This document shows positions 1 to 10,198 of a DNA stretch of 58,887 bases, piece after piece. The notes under the pieces are model-generated. The model was given only the letters and a program-made list of their open reading frames with translations, had not been told where the DNA came from and did not search any database. The DNA lies in contig CALXQH010000027.1 of NCBI GenBank assembly GCA_944390525.1, forward strand, positions 1 through 58,887, read 5' to 3'. The stretch's first letter is position 1; every line of letters starts with the position of its first letter. The translations under genes and the position numbers were made by a program. Source of the stretch: an uncultured Clostridia bacterium. Lineage in GTDB: Bacteria > Bacillota > Clostridia > TANB77 > CAG-508.

Positions 1-74
1 CTATATGGTATTATCATAAATGAGACTATATAGTGGGTATTACTGTTATAAAATTTTGAAGAAAGGAGATATTT

Positions 75-1343
75 ATGATAAGTGTAACAGTAAGCACACA
101 AACAAAATTAGAAAAAAGTCCTTTTTATTATGCCGTTTTACACTGGACGGACCCTATTGTGGAAAAGGACAAATACAAATGGAAAACTACAAAAATAAAA
201 TATATAGATGAAAAACAAAAGAGATTACACAAACAAGCTGAACAAGAAGCAAATAATAAAGCCGAAGAAATCAGAAAAGAATTTGAAGAGAAACTTAATA
301 CAAAAAATACTATTCCAAATGCAAAAAATAGTAATGATAAGTCAAAACAAAAATTTTCTGATTATTTATTGGAATGGGCTGAAAATCAAGTAGGTACAAA
401 AGAAGCTACTACTAGTTCTACATATATAACTAATATTAAAGGCATCATAGCACCATATTTTGAAGAAAGAGCTATAACTCTTGGAGAACTAAAACCAATC
501 CATATACAAGAATTTTACAATGCACAATATAAAAGAATATTAACAAAAGGAAAAAATAAAGGAAAAACAGTAAGCAAAAATACTGTTAATCATTATCATC
601 AAAATATTCATAAGGCTTTGAATGATGCTGTAAAATTAGATATTATACCTTATAATCCTGATGATAAAACAATAGTTGCCCCACCTGATGATTATATTGC
701 AAGTTACTATAATGAAGAAGAAGCTATGGAATTATTAGAAAAAGCAAAGGATACATCATTAGAACTAATAATAAACATTGCTACATGTTATGGTCTTAGA
801 AGGTCTGAAATATTAGGTTTAAAATGGGGAGCTATCAATTTTACTACTAACACCATCACTATAAAACATAAAGTCACACAAGCTACAATAGAAAATAAAC
901 GAGTAGTTATACAAAAAGATAAAATGAAAAACAAATCTAGTTATAGGTCATTACCTTTAATTGATAACATTAGAGAATTATTACTTAAAGAAAAAGGTAG
1001 ACAAGAAAAAAATAAAAAGTTATATGGAAATACATATAAAAACAAAGATAACTATATTTGTGTTCAAGATGATGGAGAACTACTAAAACCTGATACTATA
1101 ACTAACCAAGTTCCAAACTTTATAGAAAGTGTTGGCTTAAGAAGAATTACACTTCATAATTTAAGACATAGTTGTGCCAGCATTTTACTTGCAAATGGTA
1201 TAAGTATGAAAGAAATTCAAGAATGGCTGGGTCATAGTTCATATAATACTACTGCTAATATTTATGCTCATCTAGATACTACTGCAAAAGAAAAATCTGC
1301 TAATACTATGAATAATATACTCAACAAAAGAAAAACCTCATAG
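75..1343 (+). CDS. tyrosine-type site-specific recombinase (phage/ICE integrase)
   Basis: 422-aa ORF with a GGAG RBS. The C-terminal catalytic region has RRSE..., HNLRHSCASILL and IYAHL-type motifs. It lies next to the 3' end of a tRNA gene. Confidence 0.85.
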   Translation: MISVTVSTQTKLEKSPFYYAVLHWTDPIVEKDKYKWKTTKIKYIDEKQKRLHKQAEQEANNKAEEIRKEFEEKLNTKNTIPNAKNSNDKSKQKFSDYLLEWAENQVGTKEATTSSTYITNIKGIIAPYFEERAITLGELKPIHIQEFYNAQYKRILTKGKNKGKTVSKNTVNHYHQNIHKALNDAVKLDIIPYNPDDKTIVAPPDDYIASYYNEEEAMELLEKAKDTSLELIINIATCYGLRRSEILGLKWGAINFTTNTITIKHKVTQATIENKRVVIQKDKMKNKSSYRSLPLIDNIRELLLKEKGRQEKNKKLYGNTYKNKDNYICVQDDGELLKPDTITNQVPNFIESVGLRRITLHNLRHSCASILLANGISMKEIQEWLGHSSYNTTANIYAHLDTTAKEKSANTMNNILNKRKTS

Positions 1344-1347
1344 AATA

Positions 1348-1396
1348 AGTTCTAACAAATTTCTAACAATTCCATTAGAACTTTCATTAGAACTTT
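1348..1396. repeat. four copies of the 8-mer AGTTCTAA (two direct, two inverted, the latter inside a tandem 12-mer CATTAGAACTTT x2); candidate integrase/excisionase arm sites
   Basis: Read directly between the integrase stop and the tRNA: agTTCTAAcaaatTTCTAAcaa ... caTTAGAACTttcaTTAGAACTtt. Confidence 0.5.
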
Positions 1397-1453
1397 GAAA
1401 AAATAGGCAAAAAAATAATACCAAGAGAATTGCTCAAACCCTTGATATTACTA

Positions 1454-1542
1454 TGGTGCAGATGGCCGGAATCGAACCGGCACGAGGTTTAACCCTCGCA
1501 GGATTTTAAGTCCTGTGCGTCTGCCAGTTCCGCCACATCTGC
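1454..1542 (-). tRNA. tRNA-Leu (anticodon UAA), long variable arm, encoded CCA
   Basis: Reverse complement reads GCAGATGTGGCGGAACTGGCAGACGCACAGGACTTAAAATCCTG...GGTTCGATTCCGGCCATCTGCACCA. Acceptor stem is 7 bp, anticodon loop is CTTAAAA, and a T-loop GGTTCGATTCC is present. Confidence 0.9.
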
Positions 1543-1767
1543 ATTTGTTTGAACTGACATTAATTATTTTACTACGACTAATTATTGTTTGTCAATATTT
1601 ATTATAAAATTTTTTCTATTATTTTTATAAATTACTAAAATATCTTAAAAAATTTGATAAAGAGTCTTATATAATTAAATATTTTTTAAAGATGATTAAG
1701 TTAAAATTATAAGTGATTTGGTGGTCTAAATAAAACATAGGGAAAAAGTCTTTATAATTATTATTTA

Positions 1768-1813
1768 CACCTCAAAACAGTTTATGTTTTAGTTGTTTTG
1801 AGGTGTATTTTTT
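1768..1813. terminator. hairpin terminator downstream of the ATP-grasp gene
   Basis: cacctcaaaaca / tgttttgaggtg 12-bp stem followed by a T-rich run. Confidence 0.5.
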
Positions 1814-1835
1814 AATTTATATAAATTGTTTAAAT

Positions 1836-3083
1836 TTACCATTTAAATTTTTTGTATTTTTTCTTATAATTTATGTCTTTCATTATTAAATATAGATTTC
1901 TTTTTATGCTTTTATCTTTTTTATATTTTAAAGGATTAATCATTTTTCCTTTTTTTATTAAATCTAAAGCTTGTTTTTTTAATGGTTCACTTGTTACATA
2001 TTTTTTTACAACATTTTTTGGTACGAAACTTAATAGTATTTTTTCTTTTAGCAAAATACATTCTTTTTCTTTGTTATAGATTAGGTCATCTACTAAATAT
2101 TGAATTAAATTATGACCTCCAGCACTTAAATAATAACTGCTTCTAGCTTGTCTAGGATTTATTTCTAAAACTTTGTATTTTCCATCTCTATAATCATATT
2201 TTAAATCAAATTCGGCAAATCCTTGGTATCCTATTCTTTCCATAAAATTTTTTAGTGGTTCTACTATTTTTTTGTCATATCCATGTTCACTAAATCCATT
2301 TACTAATAATGTACAATTTCCTATTCCTCCTGGATTTCTTTCTTGTAATCCAATTTGTGCAAATGTCATTAATTGTACTTTTTTATTTTTGCTACAGTAA
2401 AATACAGAATCAAATAAAGCACAATCATCTCCTGGTATAAATTCTTGAATAATTAAATTGCTTTTGTAACCTGATTTTTCTATTTTTTCTATTACTTCTT
2501 GTAATTCTTTTTTTGAAAATACCTTAAATACTTTATACATTCCTTCAAATTTATGATTATGGTATTCTATATTATTTCCTGGTTTTACTATTAAAGGATA
2601 CATTAATTTTTCTATTTTTTCCTCGTCTAGTAGTTCATTTACTCTACAAGGATAAATATATGTTTTAGGTATTTCAAATTCACAATTTTCAAAGTTTTGA
2701 TAAAATGTGTCTTTTACTAATATTTGATTTAATATTTCTAAGCTAGGATAGTTGTGTATATATTTTTTGTTTAGTTTTTCTTTATTTTCAATAATAAGTC
2801 TAACTAATTCATCACTTGTTCCAATTAGTATTATTTTTTCTTTATCACTTTTTTTTGCATATTCATTTAATGTTTCTACAAATTTTTTATGTTCTTCAAA
2901 ATTTGGAACTTCTTTAAAGTTTACAATTTTACTATATGAAACAACTCCTATTGCTTTTTTACTTATTACATCTACTTTCTGATTATATAATTCATGATAA
3001 CATCTCGCCATATAATATGCATTGAAGTCACTTCCTAAAATAAGCACGTCAAAATTTTTTTCTTTATTATATATTTTTTTCAT
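1836..3083 (-). CDS. ATP-grasp family carboxylate-amine ligase (COG3919-like)
   Basis: 415 aa with ATP-grasp style motifs (IVKPG..., QEFIPGDD, EINPRQARSSYY). Its start overlaps the alr stop by 17 nt. Confidence 0.65.
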   Translation of the reverse strand: MKKIYNKEKNFDVLILGSDFNAYYMARCYHELYNQKVDVISKKAIGVVSYSKIVNFKEVPNFEEHKKFVETLNEYAKKSDKEKIILIGTSDELVRLIIENKEKLNKKYIHNYPSLEILNQILVKDTFYQNFENCEFEIPKTYIYPCRVNELLDEEKIEKLMYPLIVKPGNNIEYHNHKFEGMYKVFKVFSKKELQEVIEKIEKSGYKSNLIIQEFIPGDDCALFDSVFYCSKNKKVQLMTFAQIGLQERNPGGIGNCTLLVNGFSEHGYDKKIVEPLKNFMERIGYQGFAEFDLKYDYRDGKYKVLEINPRQARSSYYLSAGGHNLIQYLVDDLIYNKEKECILLKEKILLSFVPKNVVKKYVTSEPLKKQALDLIKKGKMINPLKYKKDKSIKRNLYLIMKDINYKKKYKKFKW

Positions 3084-4269
3084 CTATTTCTATCACTTCT
3101 CCATTTTTTATTAATACTCTTGGGACCCAATCATTTATCATGCAAGATCCTTCATATATGCTAGTTCCTATATATGACGCAACTTCTTTCATAGGTATTT
3201 TTTCTCCAATTAAGGTTACTTTATCTCCTGTTTTAACGCTTTCATCTACTTTTGCAATTATCATTCCCATATTAATTTCACCAATTAAATCATATCTTTT
3301 GTTATTTATTACTATTTGTCTTCCTCTGTTTCTTCTACAAAAGCCATCTGCATATCCTATTGAAATAATTGCTACATACATATCCTTTTCAGCTTTATAA
3401 ATTCTTCCATAACCTACAAAACTTCCTTTTTTTATTTTTTTAACTTGAGTTACTTCACTATATAGCGAAAATGCAGGTTTTACGTCTATATCAACATCTG
3501 TAATTGTTTTACTAATATTATGTTTTTTGTTGTATAACTTTCTTTTTAACTTTCTTAGACGATTTATAAAATCATTTGGTAATGGTTTTGGTGTTGTATT
3601 ATATCCATACATTATAATTCCTAAGCGAATTGCATTTGCAAATGGAATTTTAGGATGATTTAATAATGTTTGACTTCTTCCTAAATGTATTATTGGTATT
3701 TGAGATAAATCAATTTCTGAAGTTAATTCTTGAAATTTTTTATATTGATTGTCCCAAGATTCATCATAAATTCCATCTGTTGAAAAATGAGTAAAAATAC
3801 CTTCAAGTTCAATATTTGGTTTTAGCTTTAAATTTTGAACTACTTCTTTTATTTGTTCTTTATTATATAATCCTAGTCTACAGAGACCACTATCTATTTT
3901 TAAATGTACTTTTAATGGTTTGTTAATTTCTAGCTTTATTAATTTTCTATAATAGTCGTAGTCGTGAACAGTTATAGTAATATTATTTTCAATACATTTT
4001 TCAATATACTTAATATCTATTGGTTCTAAGCATAAAATAGGAATTTTTTTTACATCTTTTCTTAGGCTTATTCCTTCTTCTAAAGAAGAAATTGCTAAAT
4101 AATTTATTCCGCTTTCTACTATATATTTGCAAATTTTATCACTATGTCCATAAGCATTGCCTTTTACAACTCCAATATAATATTCGTATTCTGGATACTT
4201 TTTTATAATTTCTTCAACATTATGTTGTAAGTTGTCTATATTTATTTCTGCATAAGTATTTCTATACAT
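3067..4269 (-). CDS. alr: alanine racemase
   Basis: N-terminal PLP-lysine motif VVKGNAYGHS. Overall Alr-like length with an internal basic insertion. Confidence 0.8.
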   Translation of the reverse strand: MYRNTYAEINIDNLQHNVEEIIKKYPEYEYYIGVVKGNAYGHSDKICKYIVESGINYLAISSLEEGISLRKDVKKIPILCLEPIDIKYIEKCIENNITITVHDYDYYRKLIKLEINKPLKVHLKIDSGLCRLGLYNKEQIKEVVQNLKLKPNIELEGIFTHFSTDGIYDESWDNQYKKFQELTSEIDLSQIPIIHLGRSQTLLNHPKIPFANAIRLGIIMYGYNTTPKPLPNDFINRLRKLKRKLYNKKHNISKTITDVDIDVKPAFSLYSEVTQVKKIKKGSFVGYGRIYKAEKDMYVAIISIGYADGFCRRNRGRQIVINNKRYDLIGEINMGMIIAKVDESVKTGDKVTLIGEKIPMKEVASYIGTSIYEGSCMINDWVPRVLIKNGEVIEIDEKNI

Positions 4270-4435
4270 TTAATTCCTCCGTTTATTATATTTATAATTT
4301 GAATTATATCACAGTAATATATTTTTTAGAACACTTTTTTATATATTTGCTAAATATTTGTAAATATTAAAAAGAGATATAGATTTATTTCTATATCTCT
4401 TAATATGAATTCATATAATTTATATAAATTTCAGA

Positions 4436-4714
4436 TTATTTTTTGTTTACTAAGTCTTTTAAAGCTTTTCCTGCTTTAAATGTTGGTGCTTTTGATGCAG
4501 GTATTTTGATTTCTTCTTTAGTTTGTGGGTTTCTTCCTTTTCTAGCAGCTCTTTTCTTTACGTCAAAAGATCCAAATCCAACTAATTGAACTTTTTCTCC
4601 TTTTACTAATGAATCTGTTACAACTTCAACAAATGCGTTTAATGCTGCTTCAGTATTTTTCTTTGTTTCTCCTGTTTTTTCTGCCATAGCTGCAATTATT
4701 TCTGATTTGTTCAT
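4436..4714 (-). CDS. hup: DNA-binding protein HU
   Basis: 92 aa, [15 protein letters not shown]...GFGSF...RKGRNPQT...KAGKALKD, a classic HU/IHF fold sequence. Confidence 0.95.
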   Translation of the reverse strand: MNKSEIIAAMAEKTGETKKNTEAALNAFVEVVTDSLVKGEKVQLVGFGSFDVKKRAARKGRNPQTKEEIKIPASKAPTFKAGKALKDLVNKK

Positions 4715-4895
4715 TTAAATTACCTCCTATAAGTTTTTAAAATGTGTAGAAATTGTTATCTACTAATATCATTATTCGTCATTTTTTTTAAAAACCCTTC
4801 TTTTTTTATTTATTTTTTTCTTTCAAATCTAGTTTTTTCTAAGGTTTGCAAGAACGTTGCTTGTCAAACAGTTGATATTACTAATGTTTCGGCAT

Positions 4896-6531
4896 TTAAT
4901 ATATTTTCATTTTTTTGAGAAAACTTAAAATTTTCTTACCATATGGTATCATATAGATATCTTCTTCTGAAAAAATTTTTAATACAATAATTAAAATGCA
5001 ATAAATAATAATTGCTATTCCGCAATGCAAAAATAGTTGAAATTTTTTCTCCAAATCTTGGTATGTTTAAAATATAAATTCCGTATGTTGTTATTCCCAT
5101 CATAGTTGTTGCTAATATTGGTTTTATTAAAAATTTATTTTTACTCATTTTTAATTTTATGTTGTTTCTTAATATTTTAAATTCAATAATTACAACTATT
5201 ATGTGACATATTACTGTGGAAATGGCTGCTCCCGCAGTTCCTCCTAGTATAAAATCATTTGAATTAATAGGAACTAAAATAAAATTTAAAATTAATTTTA
5301 TAGTTACTCCTATTCCTAAAGCTATTGCTGGTATGGTCATTTTACCTAAACCATGAAGGGCTCCACTAATAGTTTGTTCTAAAACTATAAATATAATTCC
5401 TAAGCAACTAATTTGATATATAAAACTTCCTGAAGTAGCATTTGGAAATAATAGTTCTAATATAGGTTTTGCAAATAAAATCATACCTACCATACAGGGC
5501 AATCCTATTAAAATAGTTATTAATATTGAAAAGGAAACTCTTTTTTTTACAGTTTCAATGTCTCCTATTGCTTTAGAAGAAGAAATAGATGGTACTAATG
5601 CAGTAGCAAAAGCCATATTTAAAGACATTGGCAATGTAACTAAAGTTTCTACTTTTCCAGTTAAAATTCCATATTGTATTTTTGCTTGTTCTTCTGTTAA
5701 AAAATTTTTTAGTCCTCTTACTACTGTTAAAGAATCTATGTTTTTATTAATAGTTCCTAAAATGGCACTCATTGACATTGGAATAGAAACAGATAAAATC
5801 TGTTTTATTGTTTTTATTATTCTTGTAGGTTTATAATTAGTTGTAGATTTTAGTTCTATGGCTATTTCTTTTCTTATCATATAATAATATCTATATAAAT
5901 AAAAGAAACATAAGGTTGTTGCTAATGTTGTAGCTAAATTAGCTCCTGCTGCCATTAGTTTTGTATCTATTCCTGATACTATAGCTATAAATTCCACTAG
6001 TATAACAGATAATACTGTTTTAAATAATTGTTCTAAGGTATGTGCTTTTGCTGTTACTTTTAAATTTTCTCTTCCTGTAAAATACCCTCTTATTACACAA
6101 GAAATTGTTACAAAAAATATTGATGGAGACAATGCTACTAGTGTAAGTTCTGCTTCTGAAATTTGTAAAAAAGAAGTAGCTATATAATTAGCACCAAAAA
6201 ATAAAATACAACTACTTAAAAATCCTATTAATCCAAAAGTTACAAAAGCAATTTTAAAAATTCTATGAGCTCCTTTATAATCTCCTATAGCAATATGCTC
6301 GGATACAATTTTACCTAGGGCTCCTGGTATTCCAACAGATGATATAGTTAAAAACAGTGCATATATTTGAAATCCACTACTATAAATTGCATTACCTTTA
6401 TCTCCAAATCCTTCTCTATTTGTTAAGTATAATTTATATATAGTTCCAAGTGCTTTAATTAATATTTGTGATATCATTAATATAAATACACTTTTCATAA
6501 AACTTTCTTTTTTTAAATTTTTTCTTTTCAT
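4896..6531 (-). pseudogene. SpoVB/MurJ-like MOP-family flippase. Frame breaks near the C-terminus as written and is intact if a +1 shift occurs at CGG 5020-5022.
   Basis: Multi-TM 503 codons run to UUG (5023-5025). Then in-frame CGG AAU AGC... gives an odd tail ending at 4936. Skipping the C (plus-strand 5022) gives GIAIIIYCILIIVLKIFSEEDIYMIPYGKKILSFLKKMKIY*, a final TM helix plus a typical SpoVB tail, with the stop at 4896. Confidence 0.7.
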
Positions 6532-6722
6532 ATATTCCTCTAAAAATTTCTTTATTTAATACATACTAAAAAAGTTTAACTTTTATGAATTGAATTATAT
6601 AAAAAAATAATATTAATAATAATTTGTTTTTAAATTAATTTAAAATTATATAAGTTATAATAGTTTTATACATTTTTTCTTAAAAAGTCTTGTTTTTTTC
6701 TTAATTTTATAAGATAATATAA

Positions 6723-9107
6723 ATGTATAGTTTTAAATTGAAAGTGGTGAATTTCTTGAAATTATTTGACAAATTTTTAAAATCTTTAAAAACTGATAGA
6801 AATACATTTGTAACATATATTTTAACTTTAATATCAGCATATATTTTAATAGACAGAATTGTAGAATTATTATTTATTATTTTTACTGGTGTTAGTTATG
6901 CTTATTGGGGGCCAATTAAATATACTTTAGCTTTTGCTTGTTTAGCTTTTGCTTTCTTTTTCTCTGGTTCTTCTAAGTTTGCTAAATCAGATGTTAATAA
7001 ATTAAGAATTTTTCATTCTTTTATAGTTTCGTTTTATATTTTAGTAGTATCAGCAGTTGTTCAATGGTTAAATCAAGCTGTTTGGATTAGCATTTTATCT
7101 TTACCTAATTATCCTGAACTAGCAAGAGAATTCTTTTACTTGTTTAAACCAGCATTTACGGCTATTGGTATTTATATACCTCTTGTTACTTTTTATAAAG
7201 TTATAAAATGGCTTATATTTAAAATTAATGATAGTAAAGATACTCGTGATTCTATAGCCGATTATGGTGGAATAAGTTTAACTTCAGATAAAGAATCTCA
7301 TGGAGTTTATACTTGTGAAGTAAAGGTTTGTACAGATAGTGAAAGTGGAGCAGATATTTGTATTCCAGAAAATAAACGTTTTGAATCCTTTTTAGTAGTT
7401 GGAGTTTCTGGTTCTGGTAAAACCACAATGGTTTATGAGCCAATGCTTGCTAGGGACATTGAAAGAAAGTCTTTTTTTAAAGAAGTTTCTAAAGAAATGG
7501 GGTTTACAGCTTTAAGAACTGGTTTAGCTACACTTAATTGTCCTTATGATAATGCATATATTAATGAGCATTTTTCTTTAAATATGCTAGTACCTAATAG
7601 TGATAAAATAGATACTTATAAAAATTATATGAGAAAAATGATTGTTACAAGTTCTGGTGATAAAATTACTTACCGTAATATGGGTATTACTTACGTTTCT
7701 GCAGAACATGAATCTGTTGATAAAATTGCTAAAGTAGCTCAAAATTTTCATATTCCAGTTAATATAGTTGATCCTAATAGAACAGATTCTCCTGGATTAA
7801 ATCCGTTTGTTTACTCAGATCCTATAAAAACTGGTCTTGCAGTTTCTTCAGTTTTAAAAGGATTGTTTATGCATAATAAACCTGATACAGAACTTGCTTT
7901 TAGAGAAAACGAAGCAATTCAAATTATAGAAAATGTTTCTATTTTACTAAAGGAAATTTATCCATTAGAAAATAGTGGTTTACTACCTAACTTAGAAGAT
8001 GTATTAGAATTACTTACAGATTTTAATTTAATAGTAAATATGGTAGAAAAAATGAAGCAAATTCCAGAACTAGCTGAAAAATATCGTATTTTAATAAGAT
8101 ATTTTCAAAACAATTTTTATCCTGATAGCCCAAATGAGTTGAACTCTAAACGTTCTGTGGCAACTGCTTCTGCAGAAATAGATAACTTACTACGTTATCC
8201 TGGAGTAAAATCAATATTATGTAATCGTTCTAATAATTTAGATTATGATAAAATTTTAGCAAATGGTGAAGTAACTTTAGTATGTACACGTAGAGGTGAT
8301 TTGGGAGAAACAGCCCATAAGGCTTTTGGTTTATTCTTTTTATTACTAATGCAACAATCTATTCTCTCAAGACCTGGAAATGATAAAACTAGAGTGCCAC
8401 ATTTCTTATATATAGACGATTTTCCAACTTATATATGTAAAGCTACAGAACCAATTTATACTTTGTATCGTAAATATAATGTTGCTACAGTATTAGATTC
8501 TCAAAATTTAACTCAATTAAAAGGAGATTATTCTGCAGATTCTAGGGGTAATTACTATAAAGATTTAATACTTGCAAATACAGTTAATAAATTCATTTTT
8601 GGTAATGCTTTACCTGAAGATGCAGAATGGTGGAAAACAGAATTACAAAATAAGAGAGAATGGTCTTGGAACGAAACTTATAATACTGATAAGGTTGAAT
8701 ATGATTCTAAAAAATCTAATATTTCTTATAAATGGAAACCTAATTTTGAAACTAGTAAAATAATGTCTTTAAAATCAAAACAGGTTATATATAAAATTAA
8801 GGATTCTTCAGGAAAAAGTATTGTTAATAAAGGTAAAGTAGATTTTATAGAGTCTAAATATAAAGAATCTCAAAAAGTTAAAAATTATGACTTCAATAAG
8901 TTTATAAGTAGTATTTCAGATCCTGAATCAGCTGCAAGAAAAGCTTTAAATAAGAAAAAAGCAGATTACTCTGCTATTACTGAAAGCAATAATAACTATA
9001 GTACAGAACATGAAGTAGATCCTATTAAAACAGATACATCAGATTCTAAATATTTATTTGATAATGAAGATGCTATAGTAGTAAATTTTAAGCCTAAAAA
9101 AGATTAA
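6723..9107 (+). CDS. type IV coupling protein-like P-loop ATPase (VirD4/TraD/TcpA-like) with N-terminal TM domain
   Basis: 794 aa: about 170 aa of TM helices, Walker A GVSGSGKTT, a Walker-B-like HFLYIDDFP, and a long low-complexity C-terminus. Confidence 0.55.
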   Translation: MYSFKLKVVNFLKLFDKFLKSLKTDRNTFVTYILTLISAYILIDRIVELLFIIFTGVSYAYWGPIKYTLAFACLAFAFFFSGSSKFAKSDVNKLRIFHSFIVSFYILVVSAVVQWLNQAVWISILSLPNYPELAREFFYLFKPAFTAIGIYIPLVTFYKVIKWLIFKINDSKDTRDSIADYGGISLTSDKESHGVYTCEVKVCTDSESGADICIPENKRFESFLVVGVSGSGKTTMVYEPMLARDIERKSFFKEVSKEMGFTALRTGLATLNCPYDNAYINEHFSLNMLVPNSDKIDTYKNYMRKMIVTSSGDKITYRNMGITYVSAEHESVDKIAKVAQNFHIPVNIVDPNRTDSPGLNPFVYSDPIKTGLAVSSVLKGLFMHNKPDTELAFRENEAIQIIENVSILLKEIYPLENSGLLPNLEDVLELLTDFNLIVNMVEKMKQIPELAEKYRILIRYFQNNFYPDSPNELNSKRSVATASAEIDNLLRYPGVKSILCNRSNNLDYDKILANGEVTLVCTRRGDLGETAHKAFGLFFLLLMQQSILSRPGNDKTRVPHFLYIDDFPTYICKATEPIYTLYRKYNVATVLDSQNLTQLKGDYSADSRGNYYKDLILANTVNKFIFGNALPEDAEWWKTELQNKREWSWNETYNTDKVEYDSKKSNISYKWKPNFETSKIMSLKSKQVIYKIKDSSGKSIVNKGKVDFIESKYKESQKVKNYDFNKFISSISDPESAARKALNKKKADYSAITESNNNYSTEHEVDPIKTDTSDSKYLFDNEDAIVVNFKPKKD

Positions 9108-9108
9108 T

Positions 9109-9148
9109 AAAAAATAGTAATATCAATAATTGATATTACTATTTTTTT
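9109..9148. terminator. bidirectional hairpin terminator between convergent genes
   Basis: agtaatatca / tgatattact 10-bp stem flanked by an A-run and a T-run. Confidence 0.7.
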
Positions 9149-9149
9149 A

Positions 9150-10091
9150 TTAAATACCTAAAAGTTTTATTTCTACATTTTCCATTTTATACTTTTTAGT
9201 TTCTTCATCTAATCCAAAACATACTAATGTTTTTTCTAATGTTTCTTCGTTTTGTCTTAAGTCTGTTGTAAAATATAATTTTATATTAGAAATTTCAAGT
9301 CCATTAATAACTATGGTTTTGAATGTTTCTGCCATGTGTTTTTCATCTTCACAAATAATTATAAGTTGTGGCATACTCATATATCCAGAGTCTCCTGTAT
9401 TAAAATTTTCGTAAAAATCTTTATACAGTCTTATTTTCTCTACTAATTTCTTTTCCCAATCATCCTCTCTACGTATTACTTCAAATATAAATTCTATAGA
9501 TTTATTATTTTTAGTTAGTTTTACACTTCCTCCACTTGCTTTAAAAATTTTTCCTGTCATTTTAGCATTAAGAGCTGGTTTTGTAGTATATGAATCAAAT
9601 GCTTTTACTTTTCTTAAATAAGCAATTAACGTTTGGTTTCCAGCAAGTCTCTTTTTTATCATTGCAACTGGTTTTGTGTTGTCTGTGGGTTGCCATTTAC
9701 ATTCAGTTCCTCTAGAATTTAGTAAATATTTTCCCATTTTTTCTAAGCAATAAATTCTATAAATTCCTTTTCCATCTTCTGAATTAAAATAATATCTTGT
9801 TAAAATTTTAGTTTTTACTAATTGCTCTAATTTATTGTTTAGCTTATCTTGTGATCCAATTTCAATACCTTTCCATTCTAACATTTGTAATAACTGCCTT
9901 GATGTTATAAATTCAAATTCATTAACTAATTCTATAATAGCAAAATGGATATCATTAATATGTCCTATATTTATTCTATGTATAATTTGATTCATAGAAA
10001 CATAGCCGTCTTTTCCATCAAATATTTTTATTTCTCCTTCTCTAATAGCAAAAGGTGATACTGTTGCTTTTATTGCATTATCTTCTACCAT
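9150..10091 (-). CDS. hypothetical protein, possibly replication-relaxation family (winged-helix N-terminus)
   Basis: 313 aa. Resemblance to the replication-relaxation family is from memory only (FITSRQLLQML..., YCLEKMGKYLL). Not verified. Confidence 0.35.
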   Translation of the reverse strand: MVEDNAIKATVSPFAIREGEIKIFDGKDGYVSMNQIIHRINIGHINDIHFAIIELVNEFEFITSRQLLQMLEWKGIEIGSQDKLNNKLEQLVKTKILTRYYFNSEDGKGIYRIYCLEKMGKYLLNSRGTECKWQPTDNTKPVAMIKKRLAGNQTLIAYLRKVKAFDSYTTKPALNAKMTGKIFKASGGSVKLTKNNKSIEFIFEVIRREDDWEKKLVEKIRLYKDFYENFNTGDSGYMSMPQLIIICEDEKHMAETFKTIVINGLEISNIKLYFTTDLRQNEETLEKTLVCFGLDEETKKYKMENVEIKLLGI

Positions 10092-10198
10092 TTTTTACTC
10101 CCTTCTAATCTTTATTAAAGATTAAAAATTTTAAAATTATATGATGTTTTCACTATGAAAAATAAATAGTTATTATTATATTAACATACTTTTTATAA

